A stretch of 64,000 bases of DNA. Source: an uncultured Candidatus Saccharibacteria bacterium. GTDB lineage: Bacteria > Patescibacteriota > Minisyncoccia > Phycocordibacterales > UBA2100. Position 1 is the first letter of the stretch; each line of letters starts with the position of its first letter. Below, in pieces: positions 38,166 to 47,499 of this stretch. The stretch covers positions 161,108 to 225,107 of the forward strand of contig CAYNRJ010000002.1 in NCBI GenBank assembly GCA_964399865.1, in the 5' to 3' direction. The translations under genes were made by a program, and so were the position numbers. The notes under the pieces are model-generated. The model worked only from the letters and a program-made list of their open reading frames with translations, ran no database searches and had not been told where the DNA came from.

Positions 38166-39386
38166 ATGGAATTACTATCGTACCTTTGGCAGTACATCGT
38201 CCAAACATTCGGTCTCATCATCGCGTACGGAGCCGCAGCGGTTCTGTTGTTTCTTCTGTTGCGCCGGTTTCATTCGTGGAAGATAACGGCCGCGCTGGTC
38301 GCGATTTTCATCGGTATCTCGATCGCGTTCTATCTTCCGAATGGCCTCCCGAATAGTTTGCAATATCCATTGAGCTTACAGACATTCGGTCCGAGTGAGG
38401 GCCCCGTGCTTCCGTTCAAGAATGTCGTACAGTTTTTCAGGAATTTCAATTCGTTTGAACGGATAAAAAACATCGCAAAGAATCCTGCCGATTTACCGCC
38501 GCCGTTAAACCGCACCGAGCCGCAAGTGGTTAAGATCGAGTTGACAACAAAAGAAGTTATCGCGGACATCGCGCCCGGAGTCACGCTCAATTACTGGACC
38601 TTCAACGGTACTGTGCCGGGGCCGTTCCTGCGCGCTCGCGAAGGCGACACGGTGGAACTCACGCTCACAAACGATACGACCAGCCTCCACGTGCACAATA
38701 TAGATTTGCATGCGGTCAACGGCCCTGGCGGAGGTGCCGGGGCGACTAACGTCGCTCCCGGGGAATCGAAGACTTTCCGTTTCAAAGCGCTCAACCCCGG
38801 CCTCTATGTGTACCACTGTGCCCATCCCAATGTGCCAAGCCATATGACGCACGGACTCTACGGGCTTATCCTCATCGAATCGAAAGAGGGATTGCCGCCT
38901 GTCGACAAGGAATTTTACGTCATGCAGGGAGAATTCTACACCTCGGGCGCTTTGGGCCGGAAGGGACTACAGCTCTTCGATGCGCAGGCGATGCTCGATG
39001 GGAAACCGCAGTACGTCGTGTTCAACGGAAAGACAGGCGCTCTTACAGACGTCATGAACGTAGACGTCGGCGAAACCGTGCGGCTCTATGTGGGAAATGG
39101 CGGTGTCAACCTCGTTTCGAGTTTCCACGTCATAGGCGAAGTGTTCGACAAAGTATATAGAGAGGGAGACATAGTGAGCCCCCCCGCGCGAAGCGTTCAG
39201 ACGACTCTCATTCCGGCAGGTGGTGCAGCTGTCGTCGAGTTCAAAGCCGACTATCCAGGTAACTACGTGCTTGTCGACCATGCACTCGCGAGAGTCGACC
39301 GCGGTGCATGGGGCCTGCTTAAAGTTGAAGGTGAACCTGATCCGAAAGTATTCGACGGAAAAATTGAAAGCGGAGGCGGGCATTAA
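38166..39386 (+). CDS. copper-containing nitrite reductase family (NirK-like) two-domain multicopper oxidase, membrane anchored
   Basis: HVHNIDLHAVNG (type 2 Cu His ligands) and YVYHCAHP...HMTHGLYG (type 1 Cu Cys/His/Met). Confidence 0.8.
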   Translation: MELLSYLWQYIVQTFGLIIAYGAAAVLLFLLLRRFHSWKITAALVAIFIGISIAFYLPNGLPNSLQYPLSLQTFGPSEGPVLPFKNVVQFFRNFNSFERIKNIAKNPADLPPPLNRTEPQVVKIELTTKEVIADIAPGVTLNYWTFNGTVPGPFLRAREGDTVELTLTNDTTSLHVHNIDLHAVNGPGGGAGATNVAPGESKTFRFKALNPGLYVYHCAHPNVPSHMTHGLYGLILIESKEGLPPVDKEFYVMQGEFYTSGALGRKGLQLFDAQAMLDGKPQYVVFNGKTGALTDVMNVDVGETVRLYVGNGGVNLVSSFHVIGEVFDKVYREGDIVSPPARSVQTTLIPAGGAAVVEFKADYPGNYVLVDHALARVDRGAWGLLKVEGEPDPKVFDGKIESGGGH

Positions 39387-39869
39387 TAAAAACAGTTACT
39401 TACTATTTGTGGAAAATACAACATCAGAAAGGAACGATGCTTCGGCAGTGAATAAGGCAAGGTTGCCGTGACTGAAGCAGAAATAGATACCTACCTTAAA
39501 GACTCAAAAGCTACTCCTCCGAAGGACGTAAAGATGGAGGACTTCAGAAGACAGATAAGCGATCAGCTCAAACAACAAAAATTCCAGCAGGAGGCACAGA
39601 AGTGGGTATCCGATCTTACCGCAAGTGCGAAGATAAAGTATTACGTAAATTACTAATCTTAATCATTCATAATTTTATGAACATTCAACTCGTATTAAAA
39701 GCATTAAAAGATCATGCAAAAGAAGAAATTCGTATCCACAAGGAAATATTCAGTGAGGCTGGTGGAGATGTGAAAGACCTGGTCGAAAAACACTTGAGTG
39801 ACACCATGGCGATTCACAAAGCTTTCTGGAAAAAACTCAAGAAAGCCGTTGAAAAATAACAAATCACTT

Positions 39870-40281
39870 ATGAATGAACACTTAGATAAAATTCAACAAA
39901 AAAGTCGCTGTCACAGTAATCTTAGCTATTCTACTTTTTGTTTTCGGTTGGTATGTTGTCAACGATAAAAACATGGCTCAAAGAGTTGATGGTCAGGACG
40001 AAAGTACAGTTATCAATACACAGCCAGAAGTAAAATCTTATACGCTGGCCGAAGTCGCCACACATAATTCTGAGACAGATTGTTAGATGGCAATCGAGGG
40101 CAACGTCTACGATGCGACTAAATTTATTCCCAGTCATCCTGGAGACAAGGCTATTCTCAACGGATGTGGGAAAGACGCGACCGTGCTTTTTCACGAACGA
40201 CCTACAAACGATAGGGGACCTCACCCCGCACAGGCAAAAGCCGCTCTTGATCAGTTTTATATAGGTGAGCTAAAACAGTAA
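39870..40281 (+). pseudogene. cytochrome b5-like heme-binding protein, disrupted
   Basis: A heme-binding HPGD motif (canonical cyt b5 HPGG) follows the stop. An in-frame TAG sits where the conserved Trp is expected (...SETDC*MAIEGNVYD). A +1 frame change at an A6 run (39898-39903) separates MNEHLDKIQQK from the TM anchor KKVAVTVILAILLFVF. Confidence 0.55.
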
Positions 40282-40434
40282 ATTGCCATAGTGTCTGTTT
40301 GGGGTGAATGGTACGTACTATCTCAACAAAAAGCTCAATTCTTGTTGGGAATAAAAAAGGTATAAAAACCCTTTATCTTAAGCCATTGTATGGAGTTGAA
40401 AATGGCGGGTTAGCTTTGGTAAAATTAAGAATCC

Positions 40435-41610
40435 ATGAATTCAATAATTCCGTTCGTGATCGGGGGTATCCTAATGGCCACCATCCCCCTCGTAAGTGGA
40501 AAAATATTAACAAACGAATCAAAGCAAGAGGTACAAGCACAGGAAAATGCAAGTACTGAACAGAAAGAGGTCGCCGAGTACGAAATCAAGCCCGGCGACA
40601 CTTTTGCAAATATATTAGGGTCTTTCAAAGTGCCTTATGATCAGGCATTAGCAATCATGAATTCCTCAAAAGAGGTGTTCGACTTTACCAAGATTCAAGC
40701 CGGCAGGGTTATTAAGCTGGTATTTATAAATGAGGCGTTCGCGGCTGTTGAGTATCCGCTCACGAGCGAAACTATAGTTATCGTTGTTAAGGATCAGGAT
40801 ACCTTCAAAGCAACAACAAAGCCCATTCCATACGAGTTACAGAACGTAGCCGCCAACGGAACTATTGCCGATTCGCTCTTTGTTGCCGCTCAAAATGCGG
40901 GCATTGAGGATAAGATCACTATGGAGCTTGCCGATATCTTTTCAAGCGATATCGACTTTGCGACTGACATCCGCGATGGTGATTCATTTTCGGTTGTCTA
41001 CCAAAAACGTTCGTTAGACGGCAAGGATGCTGGAGCTGGAAATATACTAGCGGCTCGATTCACAAACGATGGCACGACATACACCGCATTCCGTTATAAC
41101 GATGAATTTTATGATGCTGAAGGAAGATCACTCGCACGTCAGTTTCTTAAATCTCCTCTTAACTACGCTCACATAAGCTCCGGATACAGCTATCAGCGGA
41201 CGAATCCGGTAACCAAACAAGTAACTCCTCACCGAGCGATCGATTATGCCGCCGACGCAGGTACACCGGTCATTGCCACTGCTGATGGAAAAGTAACAAC
41301 GGCAGGATCAAAGGGTGGATTAGGTATTACCGTGGAGTTGAAGCATGGCAATTATCTCACGCAATACGCGCACCTTTCAAAGATCGCTAAAGGCATTAAA
41401 AACGGTGCTGATGTGGTTCAAGGTGATGTTATCGGCTATGTAGGATCGACGGGTATATCAACGGGCCCGCATCTGCAATATGCGATGTTCGAAAATAGCA
41501 ATCCCATAAACCCTCAAACTGCTGATTTCCCGCGAGGAGATTCACTGGCAGATTCAGAAAAGGAGAATTTCACTGCGACCAAAAATAAACTTCAAGGTCT
41601 ATTTAAGTAG
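40435..41610 (+). CDS. M23-family metallopeptidase with an N-terminal TM anchor
   Basis: HRAIDYAADAGTPVIATADGKV...GNYLTQYAHLS matches the LytM/M23 HxxxD ... HxH motifs. Confidence 0.85.
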   Translation: MNSIIPFVIGGILMATIPLVSGKILTNESKQEVQAQENASTEQKEVAEYEIKPGDTFANILGSFKVPYDQALAIMNSSKEVFDFTKIQAGRVIKLVFINEAFAAVEYPLTSETIVIVVKDQDTFKATTKPIPYELQNVAANGTIADSLFVAAQNAGIEDKITMELADIFSSDIDFATDIRDGDSFSVVYQKRSLDGKDAGAGNILAARFTNDGTTYTAFRYNDEFYDAEGRSLARQFLKSPLNYAHISSGYSYQRTNPVTKQVTPHRAIDYAADAGTPVIATADGKVTTAGSKGGLGITVELKHGNYLTQYAHLSKIAKGIKNGADVVQGDVIGYVGSTGISTGPHLQYAMFENSNPINPQTADFPRGDSLADSEKENFTATKNKLQGLFK

Positions 41611-41649
41611 GCAGGTTTTCCACATATTGATTTGACTCTATACCCCCTA

Positions 41650-41658
41650 GGGGGTATA
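41650..41658 (+). promoter_or_regulatory. -10-like element GGGTATACT upstream of csoR
   Basis: ccctagggggtatacttg is immediately upstream of the csoR ORF. The preceding cccctaggggg palindrome could be a CsoR operator. Confidence 0.35.
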
Positions 41659-41659
41659 C

Positions 41660-41944
41660 TTGTTGTATATGAAATACATGGACGAAAAAAGTAAGGCGAA
41701 GGTGGTTCGCCGACTCAAGCTTCTTGAAGGCCAAATTCGGGGGCTTCAAAAAATGGTTGATGCTGACACCTATTGCATAGATGTGATTACCCAAACATCA
41801 GCAGTAAAACAGGGGTTGTCGAATGTCGAAGACCTGCTCCTTGAGAATCATCTGGAGCACTGTGTGCATAATCAGATGCATTCCGGTCAGGCGACGAAAG
41901 CAAAGAACGAAATTATCAAAGTGTATAAGCTCAAACGAAAATAA
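41660..41944 (+). CDS. csoR: CsoR/RcnR-family copper-sensing repressor
   Basis: W-x-Y-C ... H ... C signature (DTYCIDVITQ...HLEHCVHNQM). Confidence 0.8.
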   Translation: MLYMKYMDEKSKAKVVRRLKLLEGQIRGLQKMVDADTYCIDVITQTSAVKQGLSNVEDLLLENHLEHCVHNQMHSGQATKAKNEIIKVYKLKRK

Positions 41945-41949
41945 TTTAT

Positions 41950-44262
41950 ATGGTGACAACAAACACATACAAAGTTAGAGGGATGCACTGCGCGAGCTGT
42001 GTCACCCTCATCCAAAACAAAGTAGCGAAAGTACCCGGTGTCGAATCCGTATCGGTCGGGCTCGCTCAGGAAAAAGCAAAGGTTGTTTTTTCTGGTACGG
42101 TGCTTCCGGTCGAGTCGCTCAACAATGCGATTTCTCCGTTTGGCTATACCCTTGAGGATACTGCAAAGTCCGCAGCTGAAATGAACATGTCGGCCGAGGA
42201 TCACGCTCGCATGGATCACTCCGGAGCGAACGCTGGAGAAAGAAACATGGCCCTTGAAATGAAATTTGTGATCCCGATGGTCATTTTCTCGTTCGTTATG
42301 ATGTTTTGGGACGTGCTCTCCGACAATAGCATCATTCCTGCAATGCCCGAAACGATCTATGAAGCATTCCATCACCTCATGCCAATCTTTGCGACTTTTG
42401 TTCTCTTTGGTATTGGGCGCAGGTACATTAAAGCAACATGGATATTCTTGAAAACTGGCATCGCCAATATGGACGTGCTTGTTGGTATTTCCACTATTGT
42501 CGCCTTTTTATACTCTTTCGCCGTCACTGCTTTTGAAGCACCTCTCTCCCGTTTTGTAGATGTAAGTTCAAATTTTTACGATGTCGTCATCATTGTCATC
42601 GGTCTCATTGCACTTGGCCAGTTCCTTGAGGCGCGAGCAAAACGAAAGACCAACGAAGCTCTCCAGAAACTGGCGCAACTTACCAGCAAGTTTGCGGTAG
42701 TCGAACGGAACGGCAAGGAACTTGAAATACCGATTGAAAAAGTCGAGGTTGGCGATGTAGTGGTCGTTAAGCCGAATGAACGTATACCTGTCGACGGCAA
42801 GGTCGTATATGGCTCATCGAGCGTGGACGAATCCAACCTCACCGGAGAGTCGGTGCCTGTGGATAAGCTTTCTGGTGCCGCCGTGTTTGCTGGGACACAG
42901 AATTTTCAAGGACTTCTCAAGGTGCAGGTTGAAAAAGATATGAAGGATACCGCTCTCGCTCATATCATAACCATTGTTGATAACGCACAGAATTCAAAGG
43001 CTCCGATTGAGAAAATTGCCGATCGGATTTCTGGCTACTTCGTGTACATAGTGATCGTGATTGCGGTTATTACGTTTGCTTCGTGGATGATTTTTGGACC
43101 CGGAGCTTTTGGTCTTTCTAAAGCATTCGCTCTGGCCCTCTCAACTACGATGGCCGTCTTGGTAATTGCCTGCCCGTGCTCGCTCGGTCTTGCGACACCG
43201 ACCGCAATCATTACTGGCGTTGGTACCGGTGCCCGGCGCGGCATTCTCATCAAGAACGCGGAGAGTCTTGAAAAGCTCTCAAAGGTAAGTGCAATCGTGT
43301 TCGACAAGACCGGAACACTTACCGAGAACAAACTCTCGATCGAAGGTATTTATTGCAAGGACGAAAACCATATCTGTGACGTGGAGGATACCGCCTTCAA
43401 GCAGTCCCTCATTTACTCCATGACAAAATCCTCAAAGCATCCAGTTTCGGCAAGCATCGCAAGCTGGCTGAAGGATGCGAAAGCAAAAAGCGTCGCTATA
43501 TCGGATATCAAAGAAGTGCCCGGCAAAGGTCTTACCGCCTCGTGGAGCGGCATGACGTATTATCTCGGCTCAATTGCCTATGTGGGCGAGATAACGAAGC
43601 AGACCGAAAAACAGATCAGAAAAGATTTCCACGACGGACGATTCGAGAGCGGACGTGAACTCTATCTCTCGAATGACAAAGAGGTGCTGTCACTTGTAAA
43701 GATTCACGACACGGTTAAAGCTGAGGCGAAAACAGAAATTGCCAAACTGAAATCGCTCGGCCTCAAGGTTATTATGGCAACTGGTGATCACAAAAAGACC
43801 GGAGAAGCCGTAGGTCGCGAGCTTGGAATCGACGAAGTGTTTTCTGACGTAAAGCCGGAGAATAAATTGAACATAGTATCAGATCTGCAAAAACAAGGTT
43901 TCAAAGTGGCAATGATTGGAGACGGGGTGAACGACTCTCCGGCACTCGCACAAGCCGATGTTGCGATCTCAATGAGCGACGGATCAGATATTGCTATTGA
44001 AAGCTCGGACATCGTGCTTCTGAAGGGTGACATCGGCAAAGTAGCAGAAGCGGTCAATCTTGCAAAGAAAACCAACCGCACCATTTGGCAGAATCTCATA
44101 TGGTCATTCGGATACAATTCGGTTGGTATTCCGGTGGCCGCAGGAATCCTCTTTCCGTTTTATGGATGGACGCTTAGTCCGGCGATTGCAGGAGCAATTA
44201 TGGCATTCGAGAGCGTAACGGTCGTAATGAATTCACTTCGTCTTAAAAATGCCAAACTCTAA
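41950..44262 (+). CDS. copA: copper-translocating P1B-type ATPase
   Basis: N-terminal HMA GMHCASCV, TM CPC motif (ACPCSLGLATP), DKTGTLT and GDGVNDSPAL. Confidence 0.95.
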   Translation: MVTTNTYKVRGMHCASCVTLIQNKVAKVPGVESVSVGLAQEKAKVVFSGTVLPVESLNNAISPFGYTLEDTAKSAAEMNMSAEDHARMDHSGANAGERNMALEMKFVIPMVIFSFVMMFWDVLSDNSIIPAMPETIYEAFHHLMPIFATFVLFGIGRRYIKATWIFLKTGIANMDVLVGISTIVAFLYSFAVTAFEAPLSRFVDVSSNFYDVVIIVIGLIALGQFLEARAKRKTNEALQKLAQLTSKFAVVERNGKELEIPIEKVEVGDVVVVKPNERIPVDGKVVYGSSSVDESNLTGESVPVDKLSGAAVFAGTQNFQGLLKVQVEKDMKDTALAHIITIVDNAQNSKAPIEKIADRISGYFVYIVIVIAVITFASWMIFGPGAFGLSKAFALALSTTMAVLVIACPCSLGLATPTAIITGVGTGARRGILIKNAESLEKLSKVSAIVFDKTGTLTENKLSIEGIYCKDENHICDVEDTAFKQSLIYSMTKSSKHPVSASIASWLKDAKAKSVAISDIKEVPGKGLTASWSGMTYYLGSIAYVGEITKQTEKQIRKDFHDGRFESGRELYLSNDKEVLSLVKIHDTVKAEAKTEIAKLKSLGLKVIMATGDHKKTGEAVGRELGIDEVFSDVKPENKLNIVSDLQKQGFKVAMIGDGVNDSPALAQADVAISMSDGSDIAIESSDIVLLKGDIGKVAEAVNLAKKTNRTIWQNLIWSFGYNSVGIPVAAGILFPFYGWTLSPAIAGAIMAFESVTVVMNSLRLKNAKL

Positions 44263-45274
44263 CTTTATGAAAACTTACACCTTACATGTTTCCGGCACTC
44301 ACTGTGCGGCATGCAAAATCTTTATTGAGGACACTTTGAATGAACAAATCGGTATCAATCGTGCCAACGTCGATTTAAAGCACGAAACCGTCTCAATCGA
44401 CACTACTCTCAATGAAAGCCAGCACAAACTTGCGGAGATATTGACTGAAAAAATAGAGCACAACGGCTATGCTCTTTCTGTTGAAAAGCAAGCTAAAGAG
44501 AGAAAAGATAACGGCATCATTTGGCAGGCATTGCCGATTGGCCTTGCGTTTCTCGCTCTCTTTTTCATAGTGCAAAAGTCAGGAATATTAAACTTTGGTC
44601 TGGGTGGCACGGTGACACCGGTAACCAGTTTTATCATCGGCCTCGTTGCCTCGGTTTCGAGCTGTCTTGCGGTGGTTGGAGGATTGGTACTCTCCCTTTC
44701 CGCCACAGTGTCTCAGGACAAAATAAGCGACGTAAAGCCGATGATGCTTTTTCATGGAGGACGGCTTGTAAGTTTTGCGGTACTTGGTGGTGTTCTCGGT
44801 GCTATCGGGAGTGCGATTGGAATAAGCTTTACGATCACCGCAATACTTGGAATCCTTGCATCAGTCGTGATGATTGTACTTGGACTTAACCTCGTAGGTG
44901 TGTTTCAGAAGAATGTGATCGCCTTGCCTTCCGGATTCTTTAGTTTCTTCCGCAAAGTGGAACATAAAACGATAGCTCCATTTCTTGTGGGTGTTGGGAC
45001 TTTCTTCTTGCCTTGTGGGTTTACTCAGGCGATGCAGGTTGCGGCGCTTTCAAGCGGTTCGTTTCTGTCGGGGCTACTCATCATGACGGCTTTTGCTCTT
45101 GGTACACTTCCAATGCTCGCGCTCCTGTCATTCGGTTCAGCATCATTCGCGCAATCAAAACACGCTCCGCTCTTTTTCAAATCAGCGGGGGTTGTCGTGA
45201 TTGGCCTTGGAGCATTTGCGCTTCTCGCAGGGCTTGCGGGACTGGGTGTAATTGATCCTTTATTTAACATATAA
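44249..45274 (+). CDS. HMA-domain protein fused to a CcdA/DsbD-like multi-TM domain
   Basis: N-terminal VSGTHCAACKIF heavy-metal-associated domain. TM Cys residues (SSCLAV, LPCGFTQ). Overlaps the copA stop, so it is operonic. Confidence 0.6.
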   Translation: MPNSNFMKTYTLHVSGTHCAACKIFIEDTLNEQIGINRANVDLKHETVSIDTTLNESQHKLAEILTEKIEHNGYALSVEKQAKERKDNGIIWQALPIGLAFLALFFIVQKSGILNFGLGGTVTPVTSFIIGLVASVSSCLAVVGGLVLSLSATVSQDKISDVKPMMLFHGGRLVSFAVLGGVLGAIGSAIGISFTITAILGILASVVMIVLGLNLVGVFQKNVIALPSGFFSFFRKVEHKTIAPFLVGVGTFFLPCGFTQAMQVAALSSGSFLSGLLIMTAFALGTLPMLALLSFGSASFAQSKHAPLFFKSAGVVVIGLGAFALLAGLAGLGVIDPLFNI

Positions 45275-45291
45275 TTTTATTAGTCAATTTT

Positions 45292-45681
45292 ATGCAAAAA
45301 AACACAATCATATCCATTATCATCAGCATTGCACTCGTCGGGGGGACTCTTTACTTTGTTTCCGACAGGTCGACTCCCTCGGGTACACAATCTCAGAATG
45401 TCGAGATTAGAGATGGCGTGCAGTATGTGACCGTAACCGCAAAGGGCGGTTATTCTCCTCGTACTACTCAACTCAAAGGAGGACTGCCGACTAAATTAGT
45501 AGTGAAGACAGATGGCACCTACGATTGTACTGCGTCGCTCATTGTTCGTTCAGTTGGATTCCAGAAAATATTGCAGCCGACAGGAGAGGAAATCATTGAC
45601 TTGGGCACTCCAAAATCTGGAGAGAAAGTTCAAGGGATATGCGGTATGGGAATGTATAACTTTGCGGTAAACTTTAATTAA
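45292..45681 (+). CDS. secreted beta-rich protein with a Cys/Met motif (CGMGM); possible Cu(I)-binding protein
   Basis: Signal anchor. No His. Conserved-looking DCTASLIV and QGICGMGMYNF. Lies in the cop operon. Confidence 0.4.
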   Translation: MQKNTIISIIISIALVGGTLYFVSDRSTPSGTQSQNVEIRDGVQYVTVTAKGGYSPRTTQLKGGLPTKLVVKTDGTYDCTASLIVRSVGFQKILQPTGEEIIDLGTPKSGEKVQGICGMGMYNFAVNFN

Positions 45682-46101
45682 ATGATCTCAAGAAAACTAA
45701 AAATTATTTTCTTGATTGCCATTCCAGCCTTTATCATTCACGGTCTGGAAGAAATTCTTACAGGATTTTACAATACCGATTCACAGGTAGATTTTTGGCT
45801 TGGCAGTTTAAATTCTTTACCAACACCACAGGCGACTTTTATACTACTCCAAATTGCGATCGCAGTGATTCTAGTTATCGGCTATCTCTTATTACTTGGA
45901 CCTAAATGGCAATTGCGAGTAATGTTCATACCGGGCATTGTCTTTATCTACGAGTTGCATCATTTGTATAAAGCCGTCACTGTCGGTGGGTATTACCCAG
46001 GATTAGTCACCGCACTATTGCTCTACGTTATCGGGTTCCTTTTCTGGAGAGAATTATTGAAAAATGTTGTCGCAAGGACTGATGTAGCAAAAAGGAGCTA
46101 A
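45682..46101 (+). CDS. HXXEE-domain membrane protein
   Basis: IHGLEEILTGFY matches the HXXEE motif (PF13787-like). Four TM helices. Confidence 0.55.
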   Translation: MISRKLKIIFLIAIPAFIIHGLEEILTGFYNTDSQVDFWLGSLNSLPTPQATFILLQIAIAVILVIGYLLLLGPKWQLRVMFIPGIVFIYELHHLYKAVTVGGYYPGLVTALLLYVIGFLFWRELLKNVVARTDVAKRS

Positions 46102-46114
46102 GATAGCTTTAATT

Positions 46115-46528
46115 ATGAACCAGACTAAGATGTGTAAAAAGTGCAACGGCACGGAGTTGTATATGTTTGACGAAAATCATATACAAACATGCGATGCATG
46201 TTGCACTCACTCAGAAGGCTGGTGGAAGTTGGAGAAGCGTTACGGCAGTGACAACGGAAAATATGCCTGCAAAAGAGGGTGCGGGACGATAGCTGATAAA
46301 CCAACTCTGGCACAATCAATGACAAGACGCATGCCGAAGCCTCGGAGCGAAGAAGATCTCATGGAACTCACCAAAGAGGCTCTTGCCGATGTCCTCGGCC
46401 GAGAACCCACAAAGCAGGAAATTTTACGCGCTCACGCTGGCTTCAAACGCATGGCATTCATGATGTATGAACATTTGCAGCATCAAGAGAGGCAAAATAC
46501 CACGCCACAGGACGAACAGAATAGTTGA
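46115..46528 (+). CDS. hypothetical Cys-rich (zinc-ribbon-like) protein
   Basis: CKKCNGT...CDACCTH...CKRGCG cysteine cluster. Confidence 0.4.
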   Translation: MNQTKMCKKCNGTELYMFDENHIQTCDACCTHSEGWWKLEKRYGSDNGKYACKRGCGTIADKPTLAQSMTRRMPKPRSEEDLMELTKEALADVLGREPTKQEILRAHAGFKRMAFMMYEHLQHQERQNTTPQDEQNS

Positions 46529-46567
46529 GTGTTTTTTACTAAGACACTGCCTCGTTAAAAAGAGTCT

Positions 46568-46780
46568 TTAAAAATCCATCAAGTCGTTCACTCTCAGACC
46601 GAGCGCTCGTGCGATCTTCTGCATATTTGTGAGAGTAATATTTTTCTCAGCCCGCTCAATCATTCCGATGTACGTTCTGTGGACGCCTGCAAGCTGGCCT
46701 AGTCGTTCTTGGGAAATACCCTTTTTGTCGCGCTCCTCGCGCACTCGCTTGCCAAATTTTTGGAGAATTTGCCTGTTCAT
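46568..46780 (-). CDS. XRE-family helix-turn-helix transcriptional regulator
   Basis: ISQERLGQLAGVHRTYIGMIERAEKNITL matches the Cro/CI-type HTH. Confidence 0.85.
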   Translation of the reverse strand: MNRQILQKFGKRVREERDKKGISQERLGQLAGVHRTYIGMIERAEKNITLTNMQKIARALGLRVNDLMDF

Positions 46781-46836
46781 ACCTACACAAACAAGTGTAG
46801 GTAGTCGCTAACTTTGGTTCTACATACTATAGTTAG

Positions 46837-46921
46837 CGCACTGAATACGCACTAAGTCCAGACTGTTGGCAACTCCTCCCAGGCCCCTTCGCAAGGTCCA
46901 TAATGTATGCTAACTATAGTA
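46837..46921. promoter_or_regulatory. pair of palindromic operator-like sites in a divergent promoter region
   Basis: catactatagttagc (46837-51) and its exact reverse complement gctaactatagtatg (46907-21) each contain the palindrome AACTATAGTT. An additional perfect hairpin cctacac-aaacaa-gtgtagg lies at 46786-46805. Confidence 0.5.
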
Positions 46922-46952
46922 TGCATTACCCGATAACACATTTATTAGCTTT

Positions 46953-47498
46953 ATGAGCCAAAAACGTTGGATAGTAGCATTGGCAATTGCAGTCCTTCTG
47001 GCAGCCTCTGGCGGCGCATACTACTGGTACACCGGCACTCCGCAGTACGCCCTTGGGCAAGTCAAGAAAGCGTACGAGACGCACGATACGGACCTTGCCT
47101 TCAAGTACATAGACTTCGATTCGGTATTTGACAGCTTCTGGTCTGACATCCAAAAGCAGTTAACCGAAGAGGCTACGAAAACCGAGAACGAATGGGAGGC
47201 ATTCGGGACGATGATCGGGCAAGGCATCGTTCAGAACATGAAACCAATGCTCAAGGATCGGCTTAAAACAGAATTGACCGATGCGGTCCGAAATACTGAG
47301 CAGGTCGAAGATAACAATCTGTCAAAGTTGGCAGAGACGTATTCACTCAGGCAGGAAGGCAAAATTGCCATTGTCGAAGGCGATAGCCCCCTGAAGCTGC
47401 ACCTTGAAAAGCGAAGTGAGCATCATTGGCGCGTTGTTGCGATAAAGGGCTGGACTGCGGACATGGGTTCGGAAGCGGCAACAACAACCGAACAGTAA
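46953..47498 (+). CDS. hypothetical membrane-anchored protein
   Basis: Signal anchor and an acidic soluble domain. Confidence 0.45.
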   Translation: MSQKRWIVALAIAVLLAASGGAYYWYTGTPQYALGQVKKAYETHDTDLAFKYIDFDSVFDSFWSDIQKQLTEEATKTENEWEAFGTMIGQGIVQNMKPMLKDRLKTELTDAVRNTEQVEDNNLSKLAETYSLRQEGKIAIVEGDSPLKLHLEKRSEHHWRVVAIKGWTADMGSEAATTTEQ

Positions 47499-47499
47499 T

